Shown: piece after piece, positions 10,468 through 22,847 of the stretch
Numbering within the stretch: position 1 is the stretch's first letter
How the letters are laid out: each line of letters begins with the position of its first letter
Origin: Macrostomum lignano
Taxonomy: Eukaryota
Direction of reading: 5' to 3'
Length of the DNA: 64,000 nucleotides
Assembly: GCA_002269645.1 (NCBI GenBank)
Contig: NIVC01001837.1
Span: 124,001 to 188,000, forward strand
Position numbers and translations under genes: made by a program
Notes under the pieces: model-generated
Told to the model about the DNA's origin: nothing
The model's input: only the letters and a program-made list of their open reading frames with translations
Databases searched by the model: none

Positions 10468-11009
10468 TGGCAGAGGAGGCAGTGAAGGGACGGGAGCAAA
10501 GGTGGCGTCAGATGAAAATATTTCCTTGTAGAATCGAGTGAGGCAGAGGCGAAAATGAAGTGCCTGCCTGCTCAGCGGCACCGACTCCTCAGTGCAGATT
10601 TGGATCAGGTGGCCTTCCCTCTCCGACCAGCTGGATGAGTGACACCCGCTGCTAGTTGAAGCAGCGTAGAAGTTCCTCCCCCAGACCGGTTCCACTCCGA
10701 AAAGGATTTAGCAGCAAAGAAAACTAGCGGGGATCAGAAGGAAATCAGTGGGATTTTTGAAACGTTTTTTTCCATTGACGAAGCACCAGCCCCAGATGCC
10801 GCGCAGCAACACCTTGGCACCGTTAATCCGCTGGCAAATTTTGCGCTCAACCGCCTGGGCGGCTTAATCCCCAAACCCCCGGAATTGAGTTCCTCTCCAA
10901 ATGAGACCTGAGCGAGTTGGTGGGGTGAAAGTTTGCCTGTGGGCCACCTGGCGCCAGCACCTCTGCCTGATCTGACTGACTCACTGGATCCGCTGGAGCG
11001 ACCTGCTGG

Positions 11010-12357
<1,348 letters not shown>

Positions 12358-13643
12358 TGAGCAATTCTAAATACTATGAATGAAGTGAGCATTTTTACGC
12401 AGTCCTCCGACTGTACTCGAAGATTCAATGATCAGCTCGCACAGAATAACCCTTAGACTGAAATTTGATCCAGCCAGCTCCCTCCCGGAGCAGTTTAACT
12501 TGGCAGTGATTTCCTCTCCACTTCACCAACGAGCGCCGGTGAACACAGTGCCCGCAGTCACACAGTATCTCATGTTAGCCGCAGACTGAAGTGGATCGCT
12601 GCCATGCGACCACGAGATCTCAGATTTATTTTGTCGGACAGCTAGGTTTTCTCTTCAAGGATATGGCCTAAGTGAAAGTGAAAATCGATCTCTGATCACC
12701 AATTGAACTAGCAGGTGTCCCTGAGACTGTCTAGCTCCCACGTGCAGCAAAGAAATTCTACATGTACATGTAGCTGGGCCCTGAAGCTGCATAGTAACTA
12801 AAGCCGTACTAATTAATGATCACCATTACAAATATTTTTTGAACTCTAATTAAACTTATAAACTAGTAGATATTAACATTGATACAGGAACAATTTGCAT
12901 CAACATGAAACAAATTGATACATAAACTATCCCAATATGAGTTGACCAGTTATATTATTTCAAGGTGCATACAACTGCAAAATACAGATTTTAAAAGTAC
13001 TTTGGAGTACGATACACAAAAGTATACATACAAATCACATTGAGCGTAATTTTTACAGTATAGCCAAATGTACATCGTGAATCGCGGCCGTACTCGACTT
13101 TGTGCGGAAGTATGAGGTGGCCATCGATCGCGTTTTTCTTACATTCATTAGACTAACTCAAGTCGTCCTTGAAATACATGTGTACACGTGTAAACAACCA
13201 TAAGGACGACTTATGTATTTATGAGTCTCTGAGCAATTGGTGCAGAGCTAGTGCGTTTACATGTACATGTATCTGACATAAATTGCACAATAATGACTTG
13301 TTCCAGCAGTTAGACGCCAGTCTTGACGCTAGAATTTTTTGCGCCGCAAATAGACTAATGGCGCTAAAAGCGGCACCTCTAATAACGACGCCTGATACCG
13401 ATACAGATAAAATATAATATAGTTGAAGGAAACAGTTATGTAGCGCTTATAACTTTTCATCTGTCATACTCATAAACTGCAAAAATTTAATGAGCCAAAT
13501 CTTAGACGAAAAGAATCAAAAGCAGAGAATTTATTTTCGTTTAAAAAAACTACAGAGCTACTACGTTATAACAGATAGCGTAGAAATGCTGCGTCGGGTT
13601 GTTACTTCACCAATTGTTCAATGAATTCAGTAAACGCTTCCTA

Positions 13644-14311
13644 AGGGTGCGTTCGAGTGACTTAAAATGACTTAAACTGCCATTTTAACGTCCTTAGTAA
13701 AACAAATGTTAAGCAGACTAAATGTAAAAATAATCTAGGTAAATGATAGTCAAATTACAATTAAGAATTAATTCAATTTCTAAAACCGGTCTAAGATTAA
13801 AAAACGTCGCCTATACTTCTTCCAACTCAACCTGAACGCCTAGGCACCGTTTTAACTTCGCTCGCAATTACCACATTTATCGTAATTGAATATTTTGTAT
13901 TCTTCACCTTTGTTCTATCATTTGCTTTCACGTAAATAGAAAGACAAAACTATAACATGAAGTTCACTCAGATACTATATTGAAGAATAAGAACCAAGCT
14001 GAAAAAGTACAAAACTCCAATAGAAAAATAATATAACAGTAGCAACAATAATAGTGACTATATTCCAAGTCCAAATAAACTACTATGTAATAACAATTAA
14101 TATAACGGTGCCTAGGCGTTCAGGTTGAGTTGGAAGAAGTATAGGTGACGTTTTTTAATCTTAGACCGGTTTTAGAAATTGAATTAATTCTTAATTGTAA
14201 TTTGACTATCATTTACCTAGATTATTTTTACATTTAGTCTGCTTAACATTTGTTTTACTAAGGACGTTAAAATGGCAGTTTAAGTCATTTTAAGTCACTC
14301 GAACGCACCCT
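13644..14311. mobile_element. Non-autonomous DNA transposon/MITE with 208-bp terminal inverted repeats
   Basis: 13644-13851 is the reverse complement of 14104-14311 with one mismatch seen; flanked by TA on both sides; AT-rich 252-bp spacer. Confidence 0.9.
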
Positions 14312-15398
14312 TATAACGGCTTAGCATTTGCTATTCCTATATTTATTCTTGTAGTTTGTTCTGACAATAACTTGCTTTTAATTATTTTAGCGAACTGAGC
14401 CTTTACACTTTTTTTAAATACTAATAGACTGCAATAGTATTTTGATAAAACGCGCTAAATTTAAATCTAGACCTATGCAATGTTTTCCCTCGATGTGTCG
14501 CAATTTTTGGTGGCGGTTTATAGTATGGCTGAGACGTAAAGTAGGCTTACTATCTGTGCAAAAATGTGATATTACCTCTTGGCTTTGTGTAAGTGCGAAC
14601 ACCAGACACAATTAACTGGCGTCTGGTGTTCAGCATACCAAGTCCATCATGCTAAGTTAACTTGCTTAATAAGTTAATACTAATATTAATAATGAACATA
14701 AGATTATATTGTTTATAATGGATACAAAATTATTTAGAGTTCTAGATCTAGCATATGGCATATAACACTGATAGGAATTGTTATTTTTGCATATAATGAT
14801 ATAACTCGATCCTATTGTATCCAAAGTCCCATGCCATAGTTTAGAACACTATGTTATAATTTATATAATTTATATACCCTGAATTTGAAAAATGACTAAT
14901 CTAATAATCTTTTTGTGTATGCCAATAGCCAAACTGCCAATATACACTATATATGGTAGCCTACACTATCCTACACAAAGGCAAAGCTCTAAATAATCAA
15001 TTTTCAAATGTTAATATTAATATTTAAATAATGATTTTGATATTTAATTTCAATTGGATAAAGTTAAAAACTAAAAATAATAGTTGAATTTATTATTTGT
15101 ATAATGCTTCACTTATCTATAAATAACAAAGTAAAATTTGTGCATTTTGTAAAACATTTAATTCTTTACCTTATATTATACAAGGGGTATTGCAAAAGTT
15201 TCTGGACTAATGCTCTTCATAGTGATAATTTGTGTTTGATTTAGCTGAAAATTGATGTCTATGATATTCAGCCATAGAAAAAAACTTTTCCTAAAAGTTT
15301 TTGCAGCTTAGTCAATCACAGCATACATCAGGGCCAAAATAAGTTGCAACCCTTTGAAGCTATTAACACGATTTTTCACAAACCAAAAGTGAGCAAAA

Positions 15399-16837
15399 AT
15401 GAGTCAACTGAAGAATCCATCGGAGTTTGGGTCTAAGGAAAGCCAGCGCCACTTTATCATGGCATGCCAACAATAGGGCAAAACAGCGACACAGACCTTT
15501 GATGAGGTGCGTCTTGCTTTCGGTGTTCACGCCCTAGGTTGCACTTAAGTGTTTGAGCATCACTGACTCGCTGCTGATGGTGTCACCAATGTCGCTAATG
15601 CCTCTCGATCTGGGCGTCCTCGCTCGAGCACAGGTCATGACAAAACAACTGCTATGCTTGACTATTTGAAAGAAAATCCGTCTGCATGCATGCGTGAAAT
15701 GGAGACTGCTGTTGGTATCCACTACTCATCTGTGTGCCGCATTCTGCAATGCCAAGGCTACTCCAAGATTTGTGCAAAGTGGGTGCCACGTGAACTGACG
15801 GAAAAGCACAAGAAAGCACGTGTGTGTTACTCGCTAGAGAACTGGGCGTTGTAGAGTGAACTGGGTGACAGCAAGTTCAAAGAGCTGCTCATCACAATGG
15901 ATGAAACACTGCTGCCCATGTTTCAACCGCAGACAAAACAGTAGACTATGCATTGGGGCCCAAAAGGAAGCCACCCACACCAAAAGGCCATGAAATCGGC
16001 ATGGACGCAGAGTGTCATGTGCACTGTGTGGTTTGATGCTCGTGGTGTGCTGATGGTTGACCACCTGCCCCAAGGTCAGACCATCAATGCCGACTATGTC
16101 ATCGATCAGCTCCACCGCCTGTCTGATGCCGTTCTGAGTAAGCGTCGCATTATGCGCCAGAAGCCCTTCATTCTCTGGGACAACATGCGTCCTCATGCTG
16201 CCGCTCGCACGCAAGCCAAGGTGGAAGAGCTAGGCTTCCGACTGCTGAACCACCCAACCTACAGTCCCGATCTGGCCATCGCCAATTTTCACCTCTTTGG
16301 CCCAATGAAGATGCCAATGCGTGGCGAGATCTTCACAATGCACGAGGAGGTCATCGAAGCAGCCAACAAGTCTCTGCGTCGGTTTGATGCCAGCTTCTGG
16401 GACATACATGCGCAACCTCCAAAAATCGGTCGGCCGTGCAACTTAGTTTTTACAAAAATGCGACGTAGTTTTTAGCCAAAAATGCGACTTACATGTAAAA
16501 GAAACCCTAAAGCAAAATTAACGCAACTTTTGGTAAACGGTAAGAGTAACTATGACTGTCTTATTAAGGCAAAATGCCTCGTCATCTACTTAGTACTATT
16601 TTGGTATTTATTCGGGTGGCCATTTTTGCGACTTACCTTGGTTGGCCGCCAAATCGGTTGGCCGGATCGGCCGACTCGGCCGACTGTTGCGCATGTATGT
16701 TCTGGGAGTCTGGCTTCGACAAGCTGATTGAGCGCTACCAAAAATGCATCTCCATAAATGGCGAATACGTGGAGCGAGCCAGCAATCAATCTGTGGACGC
16801 ATCCGGCGATAGAAGCGACAGTGACAGTGATTGGTAG
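15399..16837 (+). pseudogene. Mariner transposase pseudogene
   Basis: GYSKICAKWVPRELT, TMDET, WDNMRPH, HPTYSPDLAIAN (third Asp replaced by Asn exactly 34 residues after the second), ERYQKCISINGEYVE; internal stops, frameshift and a MITE insertion. Confidence 0.92.
16403..16699. mobile_element. 297-bp MITE (family A), hAT-like 8-bp TSD, nested in the mariner transposase
   Basis: 14-bp TIR CATACATGCGCAAC; TSD ttctggga at 16395-16402 and 16700-16707; removing it restores ASFWESGFDKL. Confidence 0.92.
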
Positions 16838-17549
16838 TTGTAACTCGCAAATTGTATTTCATGACTATAAATTATCTAGTGTTCAATCGCTTATTACTAT
16901 TAACCATCAACTCCAAACTTTCTGAAACTTTATAATATTATAAAATACAAGTTGCCTGTTTGTCTGTTTAAGTTTTTTGCTGAATCAAACTAAAAGTATC
17001 ACCATGAAGAGCATTAGTCCCGAAACTTTTGCAACACCCCTCGTAAAAATATAAAAGTCAGTTTTGCATTTAAAGTTATCAAATTTTGTAAATATTTTTG
17101 CATTTAATATTTATAGCTTATTATAACTATGATTGATAATATATTTTTTATTTTTAATGTATATCATTGTATATCAATGTATATCAATGTATTCAATGTA
17201 TATATTAAATGTATATAGGCTTACCAAAAGTCTAAATTCACCTTTTATATACTAAAAGATACATCAAATTTCTTTAAGTGTTTTATGCAAAATTCTTGCA
17301 TATTGCATACAGATATATGTCTTCTTCCTTACTATGACACTTAGTAAGGTCTAATCTATAAAAGATGTTTCTCTTTCTTGCAATAGACTAAAATGAAGGA
17401 TAGAGGCAAAAGTGCCATTAGTAAGAGGGTGGGAGAAATCAGCCAATATGTGCATGATATATGAATAAGCAACCAGCCTTGGCAACAACTCCCTAGATGC
17501 AAAAGACATACAAGCCTAGAAAAACCTAAATGATTAGCAAGTGAGAAGC

Positions 17550-17768
17550 CTAGCCATGCAACTCTTGCACCTATGAAAGAAACCCTAGAGCAACATTAAT
17601 GCAATTTTAGGTAAATGGCAAGAGTAACTATTACTCTCTTATAAGGGCTAAATGCCTTGTCATCTAGTTAGTACTATGTCTGTATTCTTTGGGGTGGGCA
17701 TTTTTGCAACTTACCCTGGTCTACCACAATTTACAGTGGCCAGGTCAGCCAGCAGTTGCGCATGTATG
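17550..17768. mobile_element. Degenerate MITE family A copy, CpG-depleted, left end eroded
   Basis: Aligns by eye with 22152-22417; ends in gttgcgcatgtatg. Confidence 0.85.
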
Positions 17769-18484
17769 ACCCAAAATATACCCAAACTAGACAGAAACTT
17801 CTAGAGCCCAAATGTATCACTTCAAGACCATGCTTATATTGCAAGGGCTTATTTGTACTAGATGCTATCTATGATAATGGTCATTGGCTATAATAGGCCT
17901 AGCCTAAATAGAATAGATTGTCAAAAGAAAAAACTTTCTCTTAAAAAAACAATTTTTGATATAAATTCAAGATTTTTCAAGTTATTAAGCATATTCATTT
18001 CTATCTAACTTTTATATAACCTAATTATACTCTCTTGGAATGCAATTTAAGATCCTATGGATATGCAGCATAGGTTTTTAAAGCATTATGCCTAGGCACA
18101 ATAAATCTAAATGCTATAAATGAGTACATTAATTTTGCAATAATGCACCACAGCACCAATATTTAACAAATTTGTATAGCAAATAGTCATATACCATATA
18201 TGCAGTTAAGTTAATAGGGATTGTCTAACTATAGATTATTAAAAATATTTTACTATATATTTTTCAAATTCAAACTTAGATCTCTATTCTATAGTATTCT
18301 ATAGTATCCCATGTTCATGCAAGGCTTGACTTAAATTAAATTTTATTATGAAAAGCCTAAAAGATAAAATAATGATTTTAGTGTCGAAAAAGACTTTTTA
18401 TATCAGCAAAGAGCAAGATTTATGATCTAGTTCCTATTGTTTTTGGCTTCTTTATTTCTTTGGTTTAGAATTCTTTGCCAAAAA

Positions 18485-18717
18485 CGAAAGCTGCTGTGAC
18501 AATGCCAGATGGCCTATCAGATTTCTTCAAGACCTCCTCGGGGGTTCTTCAAGGAAATATGCTATCACCATTCTTGTTCGTGCTGGTGCTTGACTGGGTG
18601 CTGCGGACTGCACTTCCCTCCAATGACGATGGCTTCCTGCTGCGGTAACGCGTGGGTCGATGTCAACCAGAGAGGCGGCTCAGTGTGCTTGGTACTTTGT
18701 TGTTGTTGTTGTTGTAG
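18485..18717 (+). mobile_element. RTE-like LINE reverse-transcriptase fragment followed by (TTG)n
   Basis: VTMPDGLSDFFKTSSGVLQGNMLSPFLFVLVLDWVLRTALP*...RRLSVLG matches the RT at 37980-38220. Confidence 0.8.
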
Positions 18718-19585
18718 TTAGACAAAGCTCAAATAGGATAAAGATTTTTTATAATCAATAAAGAATAAGATTCTAAATAAATTTTACTAGGATCCTAGTA
18801 ATTTGTGATTATAAGAGCTATGGTATATTAGAAATTTGTTAAAGGGAGAGGATAGATTCTGGAAGGTAAAGATCTAAGGGGGGAAGAGGGGATGGCATGT
18901 TTTGATTTGATTTGATATACTCCTAAAATAATCTAAGCTTGAAATAAAGTTATTTATCATTATTAAAATAATGATTAATTGTACATTGCTAATAATTAGT
19001 AGTATATGATAAACATTTTTGGTATAAGATATAGTTGTTTTATTTTTAATCATGCAAAATTCATGAAAATTAATTATATATCACTATTTTATAGCTTTAT
19101 CAATGTTTATTTTGGTAAAAAAAGTGTAATATTCTATTTCTATAATAAAACCTATCTATTTAAGTTTTTTTCAGTGCATTGTCTTAATCTAATCTCTGTA
19201 CCAAAATGTTTTATTTGGTATCATTTGACATTGTTATTCCTCTATCTGCTACAATCTTAACTGTAACTATTTTGATCAATAGACAAAGCTCTGAATTTAG
19301 TTGTAGGCCCTTCTAATTTTACAAACAATGCTACCAGTTAAACTGTCAACTATGTCTCCATTTTAGTGTCACAATTTAGGTAATTTTTTTCTCTTCATGA
19401 CATATCCTCCATTTTCACTAGAGGAGGCAGTTGACCTCCATTGACCTCCCCTGGATGGCTCTCAAACTCTTCCGTTGCATTTAAGCCATAATAATTAAAT
19501 AAATTCTCCCCACATTCCAGCTACAGGGGCAACCCGTCTTCTTCCATCTACCCGCAAAGCAGACGCCAGGCAATCAAATATCACA

Positions 19586-19915
19586 ATGCGCTACGTTGCT
19601 GCCTACCTGCTAGCCTCCATGGGCGGCCAGGAGCCCACCAAGGACACCATCAAGAAGATCCTTGGCTCAGTTGGCATCGATTGCGACGAGGAGCGAGTGA
19701 CTAAACTCATCAACGAGATGAAGGGCAAATCTATTGATGAGGTAATCGAGGCTGGCCAGAAGAAGCTGGCCAGCGTGCCCTCCGGCGGTGGCGCCGCTGC
19801 CGCTGCAGCTCCGGCCGCCGCCGCTGCCCCGGCAGCCAAGGAGGAAAAGAAAGAGGAGAAGAAGGAAGAGTCCGAGTCTGAGGATGACGACATGGGCTTT
19901 GGTCTGTTCGACTGA
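19586..19915 (+). CDS. RPLP2: 60S acidic ribosomal protein P2
   Basis: [11 protein letters not shown]-terminus, Ala-rich hinge, [17 protein letters not shown]-terminus; intact 109-aa uninterrupted ORF. Confidence 0.97.
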   Translation: MRYVAAYLLASMGGQEPTKDTIKKILGSVGIDCDEERVTKLINEMKGKSIDEVIEAGQKKLASVPSGGGAAAAAAPAAAAAPAAKEEKKEEKKEESESEDDDMGFGLFD

Positions 19916-20204
19916 GGGCCAGTGCTGTCCTCTGCCACTGGATTTGCTTTATTCATTTCTATCCCAATTCGGATTTTGTCTGACTTGGCCCGTCTGCTGC
20001 ACAGTTATTGTCTGTAATGTCTGCTGACATTTGCTAATTATACTCGCTGTGCGTTGGTGAAGAGATCGATTTTCGAGCATGGCTTTGAGGCCGACAGCGC
20101 TTTGAGTGGCGCGCCTGGAACCGTGGCTGGGTCTGGTTTTCTTCAATTTTTATTTCATAATTTCTGCTTTTTCCCAGTTCCATCTTAACTTTTCATTTCC
20201 GCAA

Positions 20205-20390
20205 CTTCCTTTAGTGCCATTTCCGCATATTCCTTTAGTGCCATGTCCGCAACTTTCCTTAGTGCCATTTCCGCAACTTCCCTTAGTGCCATTTCCGCAA
20301 CTTCCCTTAGTGCCATTTCCGCAACTTCCCTTAGTGCCATTTCCGCAACTTCCCTTAGTGCCATTTCCGCAACTTCCCTTTCTGAGTGCC
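20205..20390. repeat. 24-bp minisatellite (ttagtgccatttccgcaacttccc)
   Basis: Direct tandem units. Confidence 0.9.
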
Positions 20391-21186
20391 ATTTCCCATC
20401 TCTGCGGCTTTTCTTACTGCTGTGTCCTCCCAAATGCTTCAGCCGAGCGCATCTGTAATGTATCACCTATCTACACTGCTGCTATATTGTAGAATGATTG
20501 TCTACTGAAGAAGTTAAGCACAATTCACAGTAGCTTATGATGCTGCGTGTAGGTGAATATGATTTATTTAGTATAAAATAAGTTTCAAAAAGTCGTTTAG
20601 GCAACAAAATTTTTTACAAGTCGAAAAATGCGCAATGAACAAGTTACATGTAATTGGAATTTGCGTGTAACACTGTACGATACACAGTACTCATAGTAAG
20701 TAGCGTAAGTCATAGTCTCTGCCATAGACAGTAATTAAATCACCTGGTAATAGCTCTAATTATTAAATCTATTAAATCTAATTCTAAAGTTCTTGACCAA
20801 CTTTATGTCTGTCTATGGCTATAACTGATGATGTAATATGACTGAAGACAGGTGAAAGTATGAATTTTAGAGGATCGCTAGACTGCAGAGGGTCAGCGGT
20901 CAAAGTATACTGCGGCTTCAATTGGCATTTATACCCGTACATACTCCTGAGCACGTACAACTGTACTCCTGCGAGCACTCACGCTCAGGGTGTACAGCAG
21001 CTGAGTTTCTAATCCCGTCAATCAGACATGGATGTACACTCCTGCCTTGGCGGTTGGCCCTCGTAAGTTTGAACCGGCCAACAATTTCCGTGCACACGAG
21101 TCAGACGCGTTTGCCTCAGCTGCCTGTCCCCCCGCAGCAAGCAATTCTATTCATTCATCCTGGGTTATTTGAAACAAAATAATCAA

Positions 21187-21516
21187 CTAAGCTGCCACCG
21201 CGTCCATCAGCCAGTCCAGACAGTCGGTCAACAGGCTGTCCAGCTGGTCCGCCCTGCAGCTCTGGGCCAGCCACGGCCGCCCCGCCATCGACCCGGTGCT
21301 GTCAGCCAGTCGCAGGCAGTCGACCACCTGGCGACAAGGCAGCTGAGGCTGCTGGCCGCCGGACACCGTCAGTACCAGGACTGGCCGGCCGGCCGGCATC
21401 GCCCGGACAAAAGCGTCTAGCTCGGGCTGACAGGCGGACACCTCGGAGGCCGGGGCGCCCGTGTCGACCACGTAAACCAGGCCCTGGAGCTGCAGCCTGG
21501 AGACAGCCGGGATCGC
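21187..21516 (-). CDS. FBXO4: FBXO4-like protein, last exon (small-GTPase-like substrate-binding fold)
   Basis: tgccag| acceptor; GLVYVVD, GRPVLVLT..LPC, RPWLAQ..LDWLMDAV parallel FBXO4 GFIYVAN, GRPLLVLS..MPC, HPWLVQ..IEWILEEV as recalled; TAG at 21189-21187. Confidence 0.75.
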   Translation of the reverse strand, partial: AIPAVSRLQLQGLVYVVDTGAPASEVSACQPELDAFVRAMPAGRPVLVLTVSGGQQPQLPCRQVVDCLRLADSTGSMAGRPWLAQSCRADQLDSLLTDCLDWLMDAVAA

Positions 21517-21792
21517 CTGGCAAAGTTTTATGGCCGGGTTTTGAGGCGGAATCAGTCAGTGTCTAGGCTTTCTTAGAAACATAGTTTATTGTATCTTTGT
21601 CCATAAATTTGATTTTCATTTTCATCTGAAGAATACAGGAACTATTTTAAGTACATATATCTGTCATTCATTATTTCAAAAGCCTATCAATTGATATTTA
21701 TAGTGACCTAAAAGATTAACACATTTGATCTGCTTTTAATTCAAGAAAAATGAAAATGTTTCTAATCTCGGCAGTATATCTTTTCTCATTTT

Positions 21793-22075
21793 TCATGCGT
21801 CACCACCGGGGGGAGGAAAGGGGGCATATCATGTCCTCCCCCCAGTTATAGCTATTGGGGGACATGCCAATACTTTGTCCCCCCACACCCCACCTTCTGT
21901 GACTCGTTGTGGAAATCAATATAGTTATGCTTTAGGGCGCCAAAATTTTGCGTCTTTAATTGGCGCCAAAATAAGCGCCTGCCTGCGGCGCCAATATAAT
22001 TGCTAACGACACCAATTCTCAAGATAATGTACGAGCGTACATGTAGAACTCTTGGCTTTGTCCTGTCTCTGGCAT
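21793..22075. mobile_element. Degenerate copy of hAT-like MITE family B, without an expanded internal array
   Basis: Shares gcgtcaccaccgggggg, tgggggacatgccaat-ctttgtcccccac, agggcgccaaa and tacatgt-gaa-tcttggctttgtc with the reverse complement of 51171-51779. Confidence 0.7.
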
Positions 22076-22151
22076 TTGGATTTTATCTTGGCAACAAACA
22101 AGCAATTGGGTACGAGCGTAAATGTAACTACCGTTAAACTTGACACCAACT

Positions 22152-22417
22152 CATACATGCGCAACCCCCCTGATTTACACTGGCCATGCGACTTACTTTT
22201 TGACCAAAAATGCGACTTATCTGTGAAAGAAACCCTAGAGCAACATAAACGCAATTTTGGGTAAACGGAAGGAGTATATAACTTTCTTATAAGGGCTAAA
22301 TGCCTCGTCATCTAATTAGTACTACGTCTGTATTCTTTGGGGTGGGCATTTTTGCGACTTACCCCTGGTCCACCACAATTTACGGTGGCCAGATCGGCCA
22401 GCAGTTGCGCATGTATG
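22152..22417. mobile_element. MITE family A copy inserted 9 nt into an FBXO4-like intron
   Basis: Both 14-bp TIRs intact; flanking duplication ccaact(ca). Confidence 0.9.
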
Positions 22418-22426
22418 CCAACTCAC

Positions 22427-22790
22427 CTCATAGCTCTCCCGCTGTCCCTCAACGAGTACCCGGGTGAGCAGGCGGCTGGCTCTGACCCTGTCCGACTCGC
22501 TCTTCCATCGTTCGCGCACATCGCGCCGCTCGGAGTGCATAGCAACCAGCTGGAGACAGCGGCCGCTGTCTGGCAGGCGGCAGGCGAGGCCGGAGCCGAT
22601 GCCCTGCAGTCCGGAGGTGGCCGGCCGGTCCGGCTTCGGTTGCAGCATAATTCGCTGCACCTGGCAGTAAAGCCGACTGCCTGTGCCGCTGCGCTCGATG
22701 CCCGGCCCGGTCAGCCCGACTCGCGGCGGCGCCGCGCCCCGGTCTGTGAGCTGGCGCGCCGTTCGCAGCACCGCGCGCCAGGCCTCCGAC
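22427..22790 (-). CDS. FBXO4: FBXO4-like protein, penultimate exon
   Basis: ctcccag| and GAG|gtgagt; PRVGLTGPGIE and GLQGIGSGLACRL resemble FBXO4 PRFAMFGPGLE and IDGIGSGVNFQL; phase 2 to 0. Confidence 0.75.
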
Positions 22791-22847
22791 CTGGGAGAGT
22801 TGAGATGGCCGTCGCATTTTGTGTGAGAGACGCTATGAATGCTGCTG

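Larger units (their letters stand above)
15181..17043 (+). mobile_element. Mariner (DD34D) transposon, defective
   Basis: TIRs of ~47 bp (caaggggtattgcaaaagtttctggactaatgctcttcat and its inverse ending at 17043, 4 mismatches); TA TSD at 15179-80 and 17044-45. Confidence 0.93.

Noticed and set aside
9681-10695. ORFs over the 21-mer array (SGDSGNG, MEAETAE repeats)
   Set aside because: Pure repeat translation in several frames with no splice support.
20870-21062. Open plus-strand segment between AG and GTAAGT
   Set aside because: No recognisable protein and no partner exons; it probably overlaps the FBXO4-like 3' region.
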